Of a stretch of DNA of 64,000 nucleotides, positions 1 through 13,147 are shown one piece after another. Position numbers and translations under genes: made by a program. This DNA comes from Alloascoidea hylecoeti (lineage: Eukaryota), in contig BCKZ01000027.1 in assembly GCA_001600815.1 (NCBI GenBank), positions 1 through 64,000 of the forward strand. The letters run 5' to 3'. Numbering within the stretch: the stretch's first letter is position 1; every line of letters starts with the position of its first letter. Under the pieces are notes generated by a model, which did no database searches, was not told where the DNA came from, and was given only the letters and a program-made list of their open reading frames with translations.

Positions 1-400
1 GGAATATCACCAGTCAATCCAGAAGAAGTCTTGCAGAAGTACAATGATAGAAAAAACACAGTTAAACCAAATGAAAATACTTCTACTACACAAAAATGAC
101 TCAATAAAAAGACTGATAAATAAAATATGAAGTGGTTGGCCGATTATATCGAAGAGTATTCGGTTTCTAATTAGAAGGCTGCTCAGCTGCTACATAAATT
201 AGAGTTCTATTGGAGCTACTTTCGTAGATGTCAAACCCACGCAAAGCAGTAAATCCACTGGAAAACTTGAATGAACCAATTTTTAGAGTTAATACATGTA
301 TGAAAGGGAATTAAAATAATGTACCTATTCTTAACATTGATGAAGTCGTAGAAATGGTGAAAAATTCGGAGAACATGCCTCTATCTTTACGACTTTAACC
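1..400 (+). pseudogene. Possible C-terminal relic of a pogo/Fot1-type DDE transposase, cut by the window edge
   Basis: Frame +1 (1-99) reads GISPVNPEEVLQK, resembling the 'GIxPxNPxxVLxK' stretch after the DDE domain of fungal pogo/Fot1 transposases. Downstream sequence looks coding-like but is broken by stops. Confidence 0.3.
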
Positions 401-1343
401 CATCTGTTGAACGACGCCAAATGCTTATACAATCTTTAGGAAAATAATCCTCAGATTCCCCTGTGTCTCACCTAGGATGAGTACCTTTTATATAGGTAAT
501 AAGTACATTTGTTAAATTTTAAAATAGGTTTTAGTTATTGTGTTTCTTACGCATATAAACTCGCGGTTGGAACGTAATATATATAACTTACAAAATATAT
601 ATAAGCTATTTCTTGCTACCAAGCTATTATAAGATACCTAACTATCTTGAATTCATGATTGTATACTATATATTAAACGTATATTAATGTTACTATCTTA
701 ATTATATATTCTATAATTATTTCGAAAGATAATATTTATAGTGGGATCTAAATATAGTTTTAAGATAGTATTCACAATGGATATTTTTTACATTACTCAG
801 CTAATTAATTCTCCACTTTAAATAAAGAATTAACCTAAATGTTTGATTATATTGGAATCAAATGTATTATTGGATCCCTTGAAATTAAATTCAACCCAAG
901 TTAATCAAATATATTATTAGCGGCGCTCTTTTGAGGACCCGTTTGACTGACAATGTTATGAATGTGAATAATTTGATTATAAGAATAGCTCTCTAAATTA
1001 CAATTCACCTAAAGACTAAATTTATGGAACTATTATATCTGCTGTAATATGTTAGCGTACTATATTTTGAGCCTCATCTATAATTATAAACACATCACTT
1101 TTATCTTATTTTAACAATAATCTTGTGAATGAGTATACTGAGATATTTATGTAAGATAACATAGGTTATAATGAATTCTTAGACGCTGGGCTATTTGATT
1201 TTATGGAATTGGTCCACAGTGAATGGTTATGTAACAACCTAATATAAAACTAAAATAAAAATACAGGATCAAATATATTAAGGAAAATGGTTGTGTTTTC
1301 AATTTAATATCTACCTAGCTATAGATATTACATTACAACGTCA

Positions 1344-1420
1344 TAGCTATAAATTTAGAAATGGATGTATTCTATACAAACCCTCCTAGCTACAAATTTA
1401 GAAATGTATCCCATACCCCT
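1344..1420. repeat. Degenerate ~43 bp tandem duplication
   Basis: tagctataaatttagaaatg at 1344 and tagctacaaatttagaaatg at 1387, each followed by similar tat..c.atac..ccctc tails. Confidence 0.7.
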
Positions 1421-2257
1421 CGAAAAGTTTATAGTTAATTGACATAAGTAACAGATACAACTCATCACAACAAAAGAAGAACCTAATTATGGTCACAGGC
1501 ATATTACATATTTATAATATTTACTTTTGTCGCGACCTTTAGAATTTTCATATGTTTATCGAACTCGGATTTAAAACTTTAACTTACTAAACGCAAATTT
1601 ATAGGTAATATCATAGCCTAATAATTATAAGCATAATGCTACTTCTATATTTTATATAGTATATCTCAAGAGTGTTCAAATTGTTCTAATGCTTTTTAAT
1701 TATAAACTTGTAAGCTCGATCTAAATTTGAAAACTTAATTATGGCATGTTTAGAAAAGGATTGAGCTATAGAGATTTACTGCCGATGTAGGAAGAATAAT
1801 TAGGGAACGTTCATTATTAATATGGAGAACAGGGATTCAGAAAAGAATAATTAAAAATGGCAATGCTTGCTGCGACAAAGATGTAACCTATACGTTATAT
1901 GTCGCATAAAACTCGCATTTTATTCATATTTTTAATATGATATAGTTCCCCACATATTTCAAAGGGTGTGATCATGAGCACACATATGAGCAAGTAATGA
2001 TTTATTGCATATAAGGAAATATTTACCGCCTCTTACGTGGTTCTAGTTGTATTCTCACAAGATAAAATTCAAATTTTCAAATATTCAAATAATCACATTT
2101 GAATTTAGATCAATTGCAGTTACAATATTACAATTATATCTGCGTTATTAAATGACTGCAACTCTCACAATAATCTATAGCTATTTTATATTAATTGATA
2201 AGCTGCTGTAAATAAATAGTCATGCCAGTCTCCGCAGCTATAGTTGTATTAATTATG

Positions 2258-2404
2258 TAAATTAAATTAAAAATTAAATTAAAAATTAAATTAAAAATTA
2301 AAAATTAAAAATTAAAAACTTCAAAATTCAAAGTTCAAAGTTCAAAATTCAAAATTCAAACTTCAAAATTCAAAATTCAAAATTCAAACTTCAAAATTCA
2401 AAAT
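2258..2404. repeat. Compound minisatellite (AAAATTAAATT)n then (TTCAAAA)n
   Basis: Directly visible tandem units, including about a dozen 7-bp TTCAAAA/TTCAAAG/TTCAAAC units. Confidence 0.9.
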
Positions 2405-2550
2405 TTTTAACCCATCAAACTCTAAACAAGCATATTATCTCACACTGAATCAGCTTACTTGCAATTACAAATTTACAACCGCTAACTATAAAGCACACTA
2501 TTAACTGTATCCTCCAAGAATTCAATTACATCCCATTTGCACGTCAATAT

Positions 2551-2566
2551 TTACCTATATAGGTAA
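2551..2566. promoter_or_regulatory. Perfect 16-bp palindrome matching the Mcm1/CArG consensus
   Basis: TTACCTATATAGGTAA = TTA-CC(W6)GG-TAA. No adjacent gene. Confidence 0.35.
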
Positions 2567-3727
2567 TAGGTACAGCTCTAGAGTGCCAATAATATCCTGA
2601 TCTTTAAAATATATTATGATATATAAATAAAATTAAAAGACATGCCACTAGTCGAATAAGGTTGATTAATGGATATAGATAATATGAGCTATCAATAGTA
2701 TTTTGCGTAGTTATAGTACTTGTAAAGGAATATATATCATATAGTCCTAATTCCCAAATATGTAGACCATGACAACATGATCATGGTATATTTATATATT
2801 TACGTTAACGTCATGTTCATCATTGATTTTTCTTTCTAACAATAATTTAGAGAATATTAGAGGCCTCCGAATTCATATTCTGTAATACATAGGGTCTTTG
2901 ATTAACAGTTACTTAATTGACTTTGTATAATTTTGTCGAAGGGGTAGGAAAAATTCCCTCTTTCTGCGAATTCTCCAATTTTATTGTATGTATAAGCATG
3001 GTCAATAATCTTTTTACTTCTGTCCACTTTTCTGGATGATAGGATATTGAGCGCCCAAACTGTACAGGATATTGTTGCTTATGGAACAACATGATTAATA
3101 TATCAAATTCCTTTCGAAGGAATGTAATAATGGATAAACGAATCATGATGTTTGGAATAGACTCACTCTTTTTAAGATCTACTAATATTTGTACAAGAAA
3201 TGTATTTGAAGGGAATTCTCTTGATTCAGTTGTTTGCCAAAAACTCAAATTTCAATATATTTACATACAATGTTAACGTTTTATGTTTTATCTTGATAAA
3301 ATTATTCTCTTTTACTTAGTATATATATAGTACTATAGGCATTTGCAATTGAGTGGCGAATGGTAACCTATATATATATTCTAAATTCTATCACCGATTC
3401 ACTGTATATCATAAAAAGATTAGTAATGCTTATAATTAAGGATTATTACATAATATTATGTCATGGCTATAATAATATGAATTAAACCTGTAGCTGGGTA
3501 ATTAAACAGATGGATGATATAATTAACACAAGTCCAAAACTATTTATCCTTAGCTGGGGACTAATCTCAACGTATATAATGCTATATATTCACAGGAACC
3601 TTAATGCACTTTATCCCATTTAGCCTCCCGTAAGAAGAACTGAATTTTTTTGTTATTGGTAAAAAAAGAAAGATTAAGGTTTGTGAAAAAAAAAACGTTC
3701 ATTTGTGTGAACCACGTGCTATCAATT

Positions 3728-3990
3728 ATAGGGGCTGTCCTTGAGGGACGCCACCCTAAAAATCGGTGTTAATCAAAATTTGAGCAAGACCATCTCTGAA
3801 TACTGTGCTATCCTGATCAATCTGGTGTTGGTAAATAGCAGTTTCTTCAACAAGGTTTCTGTGATATTTTCGTTGTGGGTGTTGTTTAGGACGTTCAAAT
3901 GGAACATGCTAGATATCATAATTATCTTGTGTGATACTTCTTGATATTGCATGGGAAATTAGACACTGGATAAACTTTGCAATTGTATGC
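3728..3990 (-). mobile_element. Degenerate non-LTR retrotransposon (L1/Zorro-like) reverse transcriptase fragment
   Basis: Minus strand gives ...DGLAQILINTDF*GGVPQGQPL*, matching the LINE RT 'GVPQGxPLS' motif. In another frame it is preceded by ISSMFHLNVLNNTHNENITETLLKKLLFTNT. Homologous to 5621-5820. Confidence 0.55.
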
Positions 3991-5620
3991 ATATATGGCT
4001 TCTACATTTTTGTGGTATGGTAAAGAGTATGTTTTGTTAACGCTGGTATCCATTGTATTAGAATATAATGACTGTGGTATATAAAAATTTATGCCACATA
4101 CATAAAAAGACATGATCTTCCTTAATTTGCACTCTTTTCTATCAAAATTTTTATAAACTAAAGATATTGGCATACTATATATGGATAATACTTTCGATAT
4201 ATGTTATATATAACCTTTAGCTTTATCATAAACTCTCTAGTAACAAAAAATGTCGATTAACACACAGATGGAAAGCTATTTCTCTTGCAATGAACTGTCG
4301 CTCAAATAGATATAATCTTAATTTTAATTGTAAGCTTGCTAGAAATATATTATGAGGTTCATGATATATCTTGTTATTTAGCTCACGACAATTACAAACT
4401 ATCTTACAGTCAATAGGAAATATAGGGCTTGCACTTTTAATTATATTAGAGAGGTCAGAGACTTTTCTGTCGGATTGGAATATTAAATCTTGATTCATAT
4501 GGGCAGAAATTTTAGGGGAATAAATTTAAGCCAAAAAAGCTAAAATGTGATTGTACTTAAAGTTTTGACAATGTAATATATAACTTATATAACCATATTC
4601 ACAAGCGTGTGGTATAACCCCCCGATACTATACATATACGTAATAAATATTGGATAGAATATTGATAAATCTTATTTATACCTTTCAGGATGTGAGTTTG
4701 TACAAGATTGTAGACTAAATACATTTGGGACTGATGTATATATTTTCATTAATCAAAAGAAATTTTAATGGTAGGTAATATTTAGTTAATGTTTAAAAAC
4801 ATGTCATGACAAATTCCAACTTCTAAGAATCAGCTGTGGCTTGAATTTAGTCCAAATGTATGAGACAAAACCCCATGAATGTATCATAATCAATGTATGT
4901 TTTAAGTTTTTCTTATAAATAACTTATAGCTAAAAGTCGCCTATAGTACGTTCTCTTGGCCACCAATTTTAAGAAATCAAAGTCAATCGCAAGATGAACT
5001 CGAATGTGTCTTTAAAGCCACATAGCTACCCGAAGCTTCCTTCTCAAAGATGAGAAGATAGATTATACGTATAGAATAGCTAAGAACCTAAGCTAATTTG
5101 AAAGAATGTTTCGAATATTCTATTCCTCAATCCGTACCAAATCTCCGAACATATGCTAGTGGGATTTAGATCTCTTATGTTAAGCTTCAAAATACCACGT
5201 ATGATATCTTTAGTATTCGTATAGTTGCAACTCTATTTTATAATGCAATTGACCCGGTTCTTGAATAATAATTTCAATTGAAATATTACAGTCTATTATA
5301 CTTATATTTTGTTTGAATAATTGCCACATAGAGTACTGATTCCGAACAATAACAACATATTCTAGGCTTCAAATTTTGTTTATACCTCAATTGCAAAACA
5401 CTAGTAATTTGTAATCTGGCGCGAGTTAAAAAATTCATTTTTATGGTACTAGATCTATGTGTAACCTCCCTTAATCAAATTTTAAAAACAGTGGTTATAA
5501 GTTTCATCTATTTGACGCTGTTCACGTGCAAGATTTTTGTATCAGGTAGGTTTAATTAACTATGGATAGTCATTATTGCTATACAACAAAAATATGGAAG
5601 GTATAAAATTGAAAAACTTA

Positions 5621-5820
5621 ACAGGTGTCAAGTTAGCCATGCCAACACTAAGCAGTCTCATATAAGATAACAGGGAGAAGAATCCTCACGCTGTAGCTTT
5701 GGGACGATCCATATCCAACATGTTCTACCTGAATGTCTTGAACTACAAACACAACACAAGATAGTGAATATTATGGAAAACTCATTACAAAAGCTGCTAT
5801 TCTCCAACACAGGTATTATC
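5621..5820 (+). mobile_element. Second degenerate copy of the same LINE-like RT fragment
   Basis: Reads KLAMPTLSSLI*DN...ALGRSISNMFYLNVLNYKHN..NIMENSLQKLLFSNT, resembling the LINE RT 'LxxLI...GRSIxDN' region. Aligns by eye with the reverse complement of ~3825-3960. Confidence 0.5.
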
Positions 5821-7066
5821 TAGACGAAAAACTGATTTCTACCAGTACCACCTGTTTAGTTGTTTTTAAGGATAAAGCATATGACCATATTATGTAGTAA
5901 GAAATAAACTGTGTGAACTAAATTTGGGAGCTCGAAGTTTGAAATACTCCTTGTCGTTTGAGTTTCATTATAAATTTCACAATTCTAGTTAATCTGGATC
6001 TGGTCATAGCTATCCAGGTTTCAATACATGTTCTAATTCTTACTCTAATCATTAATAATCATGAGTTATACAAAAGCGCTATCATAATATTTGAAGGTGT
6101 TAAATTTTATTCCTTCGAATTTTGTTTCTCCAATTTCATTAGCTCATTAACATGATATAATTATAATTAGATCTATTAACAGTATCCATGAAAAGTGTTT
6201 TTTGGATATTAAGTATCCGACTGCAAGTCAATATTAATATTACAATTGCAAGTTGCAATCGATTGAGTCATGCTACTTATAAAGATTAGTTAAGTTAAGT
6301 GCTTTGCAAATTAAAAAAAATACTCTAGATCAATAGATCTACTGTTGTGTACATTAATACAATTTATAAATCCATAATTATATAAATGATATTCCTTATC
6401 TACTTGCAAATAATAATTTAATATTTGTAAATTGTCATAAAAATATCTTTTTGTAGCCTATTTTGTAGAACTAGTAATATATAACTTATAGCAGTAGTAG
6501 CATGGCCATTGATGCAAAATTTGCAAATAAGACGATCAAGGCGTCGCCACGACTTTAAATATAAGGGGACTTTCAATAGAACAACCAACGTACTACTTGC
6601 ACCTACTGGTAATGACTAACACGATTACAATTTGCAATTGCATAATTACTAAGCTTAATTAACAATAGATTTTGTGTTAAACAAGGATTGGAATGTCGTT
6701 TCTATTGTCTGCTTTCATATGAGAACTCATGGGTAAATCCTAGGTTATAATGAGATTTAAAGGGATCGAAGGACCTGGGACCAAAAAACACCTAGGAACG
6801 TTAAAGTTTCAATTATATCTTGGAATTGACACTTGAACCTTCACCCAAAAACTTTAAGTTAAATCAAAGTAATAATTTAATTAACTACCCTACGAAAAAA
6901 CCGTATTTAAGGTTGTAAAGAGAGGCGATGTTTTGTAAGCTTGAGCACATGCAATTTTTAATTTTGTTTGATGCTGTATGCTTTGGACACAAATAATTAT
7001 AAATTATTCGCAGTCCGACTATTACCAATTTCAAGTTTTGACGTTAATCTTGCGGTTAAGGGGTCC

Positions 7067-7104
7067 AAAACAACAACAACAAAAACAACAACAAAAACAA
7101 AAAA
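7067..7104. repeat. (CAA)n/A-rich microsatellite
   Basis: aaaacaacaacaacaaaaacaacaacaaaaacaaaaaa. Confidence 0.8.
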
Positions 7105-8627
7105 GAAATCAGCTTTTTTAATCATGTAGACATACTAGACAATTGCAATATCAGCAATAATTTACTGTACGAGATCACCGTCATGACTCATGATCACATA
7201 GAGGTATTATATACAATGTGTAGTATACAAATGCTGTTTCACAATTTTATGATATTTTTATTAGATATCTCAATTAATTATAAATTTGCATATAACTTGT
7301 TTCTAATAACTTTCTAATAACTTTCTATGTATGATTAAAATTCTTAGAGTATTAATTAATGACATAAATAAAGAAGTTACGAAAGTTTGATTGGACTCAT
7401 TGGAGTATAATATTGCTTGGCAAACTAGTTATAGTTACACGTTAAAAAAATTGACGAGTTATTTCATAAATAAATGATACCTTCTACATTTAATATATTT
7501 TCTACTCACTATTAAAATTAAAGATCAGAGATTAAACTTATAAATTAATTATCCCTGTCATAAAGGGATATCCGGATATAGATGTTTAAATAAACAGTAT
7601 TAAACACTTAATTAAGCTCTAATATCAACTATATTGATATCATAATATCAAATACTTATCAATTGTAAAATATTAATATTAAACAACTTGAAATGGATTA
7701 TGTCCATCATCTTTTGATTCGGTGTATTTTATAATTATATCATATTAATAGATAGTAGTATACGTAGGGCCGAGTTTAAAGGTATAAAATCAAGAGATCT
7801 GATATCGATATAGTTTAAGCAATTGTAATTTATAATTTAAAGTCATTGAAAGATTTTCCTTTTACCATTACCATCGGAATTCCAGGTAAAGGTGGTTGGT
7901 TAAATATCTCTTCATGTTTTATAATAACACATCAACTAAAATATTAGAATCATTAAAAAATTTCATTTGTTAATATTTTTAAATTTGTTATCATCGATAC
8001 ATGTATAATAAATCTAAATATTGTAAATTCCAAAAACATTTTATAGAAGAAAAATGGACGTCTTGAAAATTCTAAGGCATCGACCCGAGGAAGATACCTT
8101 GGGATGAGAATAATGAAATCTCGAAAGAGGTTCTCCAAGTTCGTAATGGCTCCCAGCTTGAAGCTAATACGGTTAAGAAGATCATTGAATTCTTAAAATT
8201 ATCTACAACACATAATTATGACACCAAAAACTACTAAAATTAATGTTAAATTGCCTACTTCCGATTGCTGTAAAATAAAGCGTGCTTGATTATTTACATT
8301 TTTTTCTATGCTTTTTGTATGATCCACATGTGTTCATCAAGGGAAATTGTTCCTTCTTTAATAATATATTGATCGATATATATTGAGTTAGATGTATTCA
8401 GTTGAATTTTAGTACCAAAACATGCCACCCAATTCAACAGATAATCCTTCTCAAATCATGCCAATAATTCTTTCCCAAATGTATCAATAATACAGCTATA
8501 TATCCGGGTAGCTTATACATAGGCCAATCAGAATTGGAAGAATTCGTTACGTAGTTAATCATCACTCCGGGTAATGAATCCGTGAAATAACCTCCAAGCA
8601 AATCGGTTTTACCACCAAAAATTAACA

Positions 8628-9250
8628 ATGTCTACAACACTTTGGCGTACGGTTCAAAATGCCTGGAGAGTTGGTATTAAGAGATATGCTTATCAGGTAG
8701 CTACTATGAATGATAGTAAATCGGGAAGGTGAGTTGATTTACACGAATCCGAGGTGAAAAGGCTGAAAACTAATATTAATAATTTAGATTTATTGGAAAA
8801 GATGTATGAATAAAATGAGGTTTTATCTTAATGCGTTCTTAGAAGATTATATTAATAACTTTTAGGGATTTGGGAACAAATTTTATGAAACTGAAAATCC
8901 AGAGGAAATTCATTGTAAGTACAGTGAAACGATATCATAAATATCATTCAATTAGATCAACAAAGACTAAGACATGTAAAATAGTGAGGAGTCGTTGGGT
9001 AGAATATGATCAAGGTATCCATACCGTTTATGAAACATCCGTGATAGAGCCTGGTTGGGCTTTATGGTTAAGATATGGTGTGGATGTTCCACCATCTGAA
9101 ATGACTGCCGAGGAACTACCGGTACGTGCTTACCCAATGCCCGAACGACATCAACCTAATCTGACATTCACAAGAGGAGCATACGTCCCTTATAACACTG
9201 CAAAACCAAAGGTACAGGGATGGGCACCTCAAGTTAGGGATAGGGCATAA
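8628..9250 (+). CDS. Mitochondrial complex I accessory subunit, NDUFA12 (N7BM/B17.2) family; 4 exons
   Basis: Exons 8628-8728, 8788-8803, 8866-8914 and 8985-9250 (GT-AG introns of 59, 62, 70 nt) splice in frame to MSTTLWRTVQNAWRVG...NDSKSGRFIGKDGFGNKFYE...RSRWVEY...IEPGWALWL...PNLTFTRGAYVPYNTAKPK. These are the NDUFA12 motifs GxDxxGNKYYE, RWVEY and PxWxxWL. Confidence 0.92.
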
Positions 9251-9546
9251 TCAAATTGATAACATCAGGAACGTTACAATATAAATTATTATTATATAAA
9301 CTGAAAAATTACGGATAATATTGCATATAAATATATTCATACAATAATATATTTAATAAAGTCTTCTTTAATTAAAATCTACAAGAATCATTATCCCTTT
9401 TCCTTCTATAAGTTATATAATAAAATGTAATAAAGTACTAAATTTTCCTTTACGTATATGTATCATATCTACTAAATCATTTTTTTACTTTTCATATTTG
9501 ATAATATTGTGTCTCATTAATTGTCATTGGTGCTAATAGTACTTTT

Positions 9547-10689
9547 TTAATTACCGCTGGCAAAAGTAGCAGCAACAATTAATGGCCAAATTAATGTAAC
9601 ATCAGAAAATACTTTAACGCTCTTAGCATCAACTTTGATCTTACCCCATGAAACAGCCTCATCTGGTCTAGCTCCAGCATCACTACCGTCAAATTCTTGA
9701 CCAGTATTGATATAAACAGCATAATCAGCACCATTTCTCATTAAACAAGCGTTAGCAATATGATGTTTTATAAGTCCACCGCCCAAAATGATCATTCCAG
9801 CTCTTGCAGCCTCTAAAGAAATAGAATTTATCCTTCTAATATCAGCAACAATATCAATTCGTAATTGTTTTGGGGATGCTTTAAATGTATGAAAGAATAA
9901 CATGTCACCAATTGATCCATCAGTTAAAGATGGACAAAAAACAGGAATATTATTCTTATGTGCCCAATATAAAACGGAATCTTCATTATTTATCTCTTTT
10001 CCTAAACGATCAATAACTTTTGATGGAGTCCAAAATTCAGAAGAACTTTCTAAGGCTTCAGCCCCATTCTTTTTAACTGCCTCTTCCTGTTCTTCTAGCA
10101 TTTTATCCAAAATTGGTACAATCCATTCTTCAAATTTACAATAATTATCATTTGGTACTAGTAAATTACCAATTCTATTCATACCTTCATCTCTTAATTT
10201 AGCACCTGGTAAACTAAATTCACCCATATAAGTTGGTGCTAAACATTTAATTAAATCTTCTTCAATTCCACCAGCACTTGTTACAATTGCAGAAACCATT
10301 TTATTTTGAACTAAATATCTTAAAGTATTCCTAACACCAGATGAAATTAAATTCGAAGTATAACCCATAAATATTGTAGTTTTTTGATATCCATTTTCAT
10401 CAAACTCACCTTTAATATTAACATCAGGATCATCTGCTTTTAATTCATCAATATGTTTACCTCTCCATTTTCTCATTTCATTAATAATATCAACTGCCTT
10501 TGACATGGATGAAGCTTGGAATCCCATTGTTTTCATACCAGCAATTAAATCAATGGCTCGACTATTTATTGCTTCTGGTTTTGAATAATCGATACCATCA
10601 ACTACTTGAGCATCTTTAGGAACCTCAATGGAGTGCTTTAAAACGGCATCAGTAGCTAAATCAGGTCTCTTATCGTCTTTTGAAGTCAT
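9547..10689 (-). CDS. DYS1: Deoxyhypusine synthase
   Basis: 380 aa ORF with [32 protein letters not shown] and [17 protein letters not shown] (active-site Lys). Confidence 0.98.
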   Translation of the reverse strand: MTSKDDKRPDLATDAVLKHSIEVPKDAQVVDGIDYSKPEAINSRAIDLIAGMKTMGFQASSMSKAVDIINEMRKWRGKHIDELKADDPDVNIKGEFDENGYQKTTIFMGYTSNLISSGVRNTLRYLVQNKMVSAIVTSAGGIEEDLIKCLAPTYMGEFSLPGAKLRDEGMNRIGNLLVPNDNYCKFEEWIVPILDKMLEEQEEAVKKNGAEALESSSEFWTPSKVIDRLGKEINNEDSVLYWAHKNNIPVFCPSLTDGSIGDMLFFHTFKASPKQLRIDIVADIRRINSISLEAARAGMIILGGGLIKHHIANACLMRNGADYAVYINTGQEFDGSDAGARPDEAVSWGKIKVDAKSVKVFSDVTLIWPLIVAATFASGN

Positions 10690-10868
10690 ATTGTTTATTA
10701 TATATTGTTTTTTTCAAATAATTTCTTTAGTTGTTTAGTTTTTCAAATTTTAGATATATAAGTAAAAGAAGAAGAACTAAATTAAAAAGATTCAAATTAA
10801 ATATAAATTGATTTATAAAAACTTATATATTGTTCCGCTTTAACTTTATTTTTTTTGATAAATTATTG

Positions 10869-10889
10869 TGAAAAATTTGTCATCACGTG
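10869..10889. promoter_or_regulatory. RRPE-like element plus Cbf1-type E-box upstream of DYS1
   Basis: TGAAAAATTT (10869-10878) and ATCACGTG (10882-10889), ~180-200 bp upstream of the DYS1 ATG. Confidence 0.5.
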
Positions 10890-13052
10890 TTTTGGATACA
10901 CTTATGAACGTCTAGTATAATTAAAGGATCTACTTTTTTTTATCTTCCACGATCATCGAAATTTTATATATAACCGACCTTTTTGGTTCGAAATATATTT
11001 GCCGAGAATGTATATTTTAAGGATCTTCATATTTAATGGATTGAAACAGTGATAGTGGAAGCTGGACCGGAATTATTTGAAAGAATCTCTAGATCTATAT
11101 GTATTGCGATTCATCTGTTCTTTTATACAATTGCAACTAGGAATCCTGAATACTACTTCCTTAAGTTTAACGATTTTGAAAGAATAAATCTCAGGTAAAA
11201 GTTGAGGATTAGGAAGTGATAAAACTGTGGTAACAACTAGTTTGAATCGAGCAGGAATTTAACAGAAGTAATAAATACTCAATTTGACTCAAGTTGTATC
11301 AACTTCAAGTTTCAAATACCTATATTAGACAATTGGATGAGAAAAATGGGGATTAAAAGTTAATATCGATCATGAGACCATTTAACTCCATTATAATCAA
11401 AAGTAGAAGACTCTTTTCTGGATGTTTCTAAATCTCAGACTAGCAAAATCTGATCTCCGAGACAGCTGTTATAATTGAGACTATTCTATTTAAAACTTAA
11501 TCTTCAAGCATTATCCCGAGGTTTTAAAATCACACAATATGAATATTATTCTTAATTTTTCGCCAATTGACTACGGGTAGTGATTATAATAGACGTAGTG
11601 ATTAAAATAGAACTCGTCACCTGTTGAATTATTATGGTCCAATATCTAACGTTAACCCTATAGTGCTGGAGATAAAAAACCAATAACTACAACGTCTTCA
11701 GTTTCACGAAAGCGCTTTCGGAAGCTTAAAAATTATGACTGAAATCTGAGTATAACCATGACTATTGTCAGCTCTTCCACCAATTGTAACGCAATTAAAG
11801 TCATATAATTACAGGTTATGATCATGAAGATAGGTCTGTCATCCTTTTTCAAACAATTTCCCTATACATGTACTCTATTAGTTCGAATTTCGTTTCTATT
11901 ATTGAATGAAATATAACTAAATATATTGCTCTATATTGATTATTATAACAACAATTATTAAATGTTAACATTCAACATATGTAAGACTTAACGTTATAAT
12001 ATATGGCATGAATCTTGTTCTGTCTTCCACTATAACAAAAATCTGAACCCCAAATACTATTTATTACGTCAATGAATTCCAAGATAAATACATTTAAGGT
12101 TTTTGTTAATTTACGCATATTCATTGAAATTTCATTTAAAAAAATATATATATATTTAAAACAAATATAAAATAATTCTCTAATATTTTTATTATGTTAT
12201 TGGACAAAACAACCAGATGATTATGAGAGTGGATTCATGCGTATGATTCAGCAGATTCAGGAAGGTTCATATAAATATAACTTTAATAACATGAATCATG
12301 ATCATGGAGTTCCCCATTATATTCATGAGATGTGAAAGATGCATGTCTATACAAGCTTAATTAAGTTTGCAATTGCACCCTCCAATATCAAGCTGCAAAC
12401 AAGGAGATCTGATCTGGTAAAACCCGAAGAATTATAACATATGACTCTTTAAGGGTGTAAATAATTTTCCGTAGTATCATTATAATTAATATTTAATTTT
12501 GAAGAAGTTGTTGATCGTTGGACTGATAAGCCTTTATTCTGTTTGTGGGTCTACAGCCGAGTTGGAAAAAAGCCTTTTATCCACTACTTGACCTACTCCA
12601 CCCCTTGGCCTATAATATGAAAACTTCTTTAAAGGATGCCTAATCATGGGTAAAACTAGCATTTCTATAATTTGGTTGCATTAGTATTATGCAATCTTAT
12701 CGGATATGTTCTTTCATTGATTGGATAGAACATCTTGATCCTCCATTTACTTAATTTCAAGAATATGCCAATATATGCTACAACATTGAAATTGAAATTG
12801 TGGTCTCAGCAGGATCAGGATGCCATGAGATACTTATAAATGTTTAACATTGGAGCGGACCTAGAGGGTTAACGATCCTACCACCAGGGTTTTAGTTATG
12901 ACACTTTCATATGATGCACCCGAACAGCGTAGTCGGTGATAGGATCGGGTTAGCAAATAGCCTTCCCCTAGTTAACAGCAGGAGAAAAAAGCCGGGCAGC
13001 CGGGCGTGCATAGCTTCACTTTTCATTTTTGGTCTTCATGCGGCCCGCGGCC

Positions 13053-13090
13053 GATAAGGAAATTAAATTTCAACGTTGGTAGTCGATAAG
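13053..13090 (+). promoter_or_regulatory. Tandem GATAAG (GATA factor, nitrogen catabolite regulation) sites upstream of DUR1,2
   Basis: GATAAG at 13053 and 13085, within 100 bp of the ATG. Further GATAAG/CTTATC near 12525 and 12697. CGG-rich tract at 12991-13053. Confidence 0.6.
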
Positions 13091-13147
13091 CAGGAAGAAC
13101 CTTTTTTAAATAACCTCTCGTCTGCCCAGTTGCTTCATCATACAAAC

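Noticed and set aside
2913..4498. ORFs of 61-111 aa in the left gene-free tract
   Set aside because: No recognisable domains and several non-ATG starts; partly overlap the LINE relic in non-RT frames.
6700..6850. MRFKGIEGPGTKKHLGTLKF, vaguely like a retroviral protease flap
   Set aside because: No D(S/T)G catalytic motif upstream; too short to support.
7840..8240. Coding-looking fragments (GIDPRKIPWDENN..., KHEEIFNQPPLPGIP)
   Set aside because: Stops nearby, no convincing splice model and no family recognised.
11030..12800. Coding-like stretches in the DYS1-DUR1,2 interval
   Set aside because: Short, stop-interrupted and unassignable by eye.
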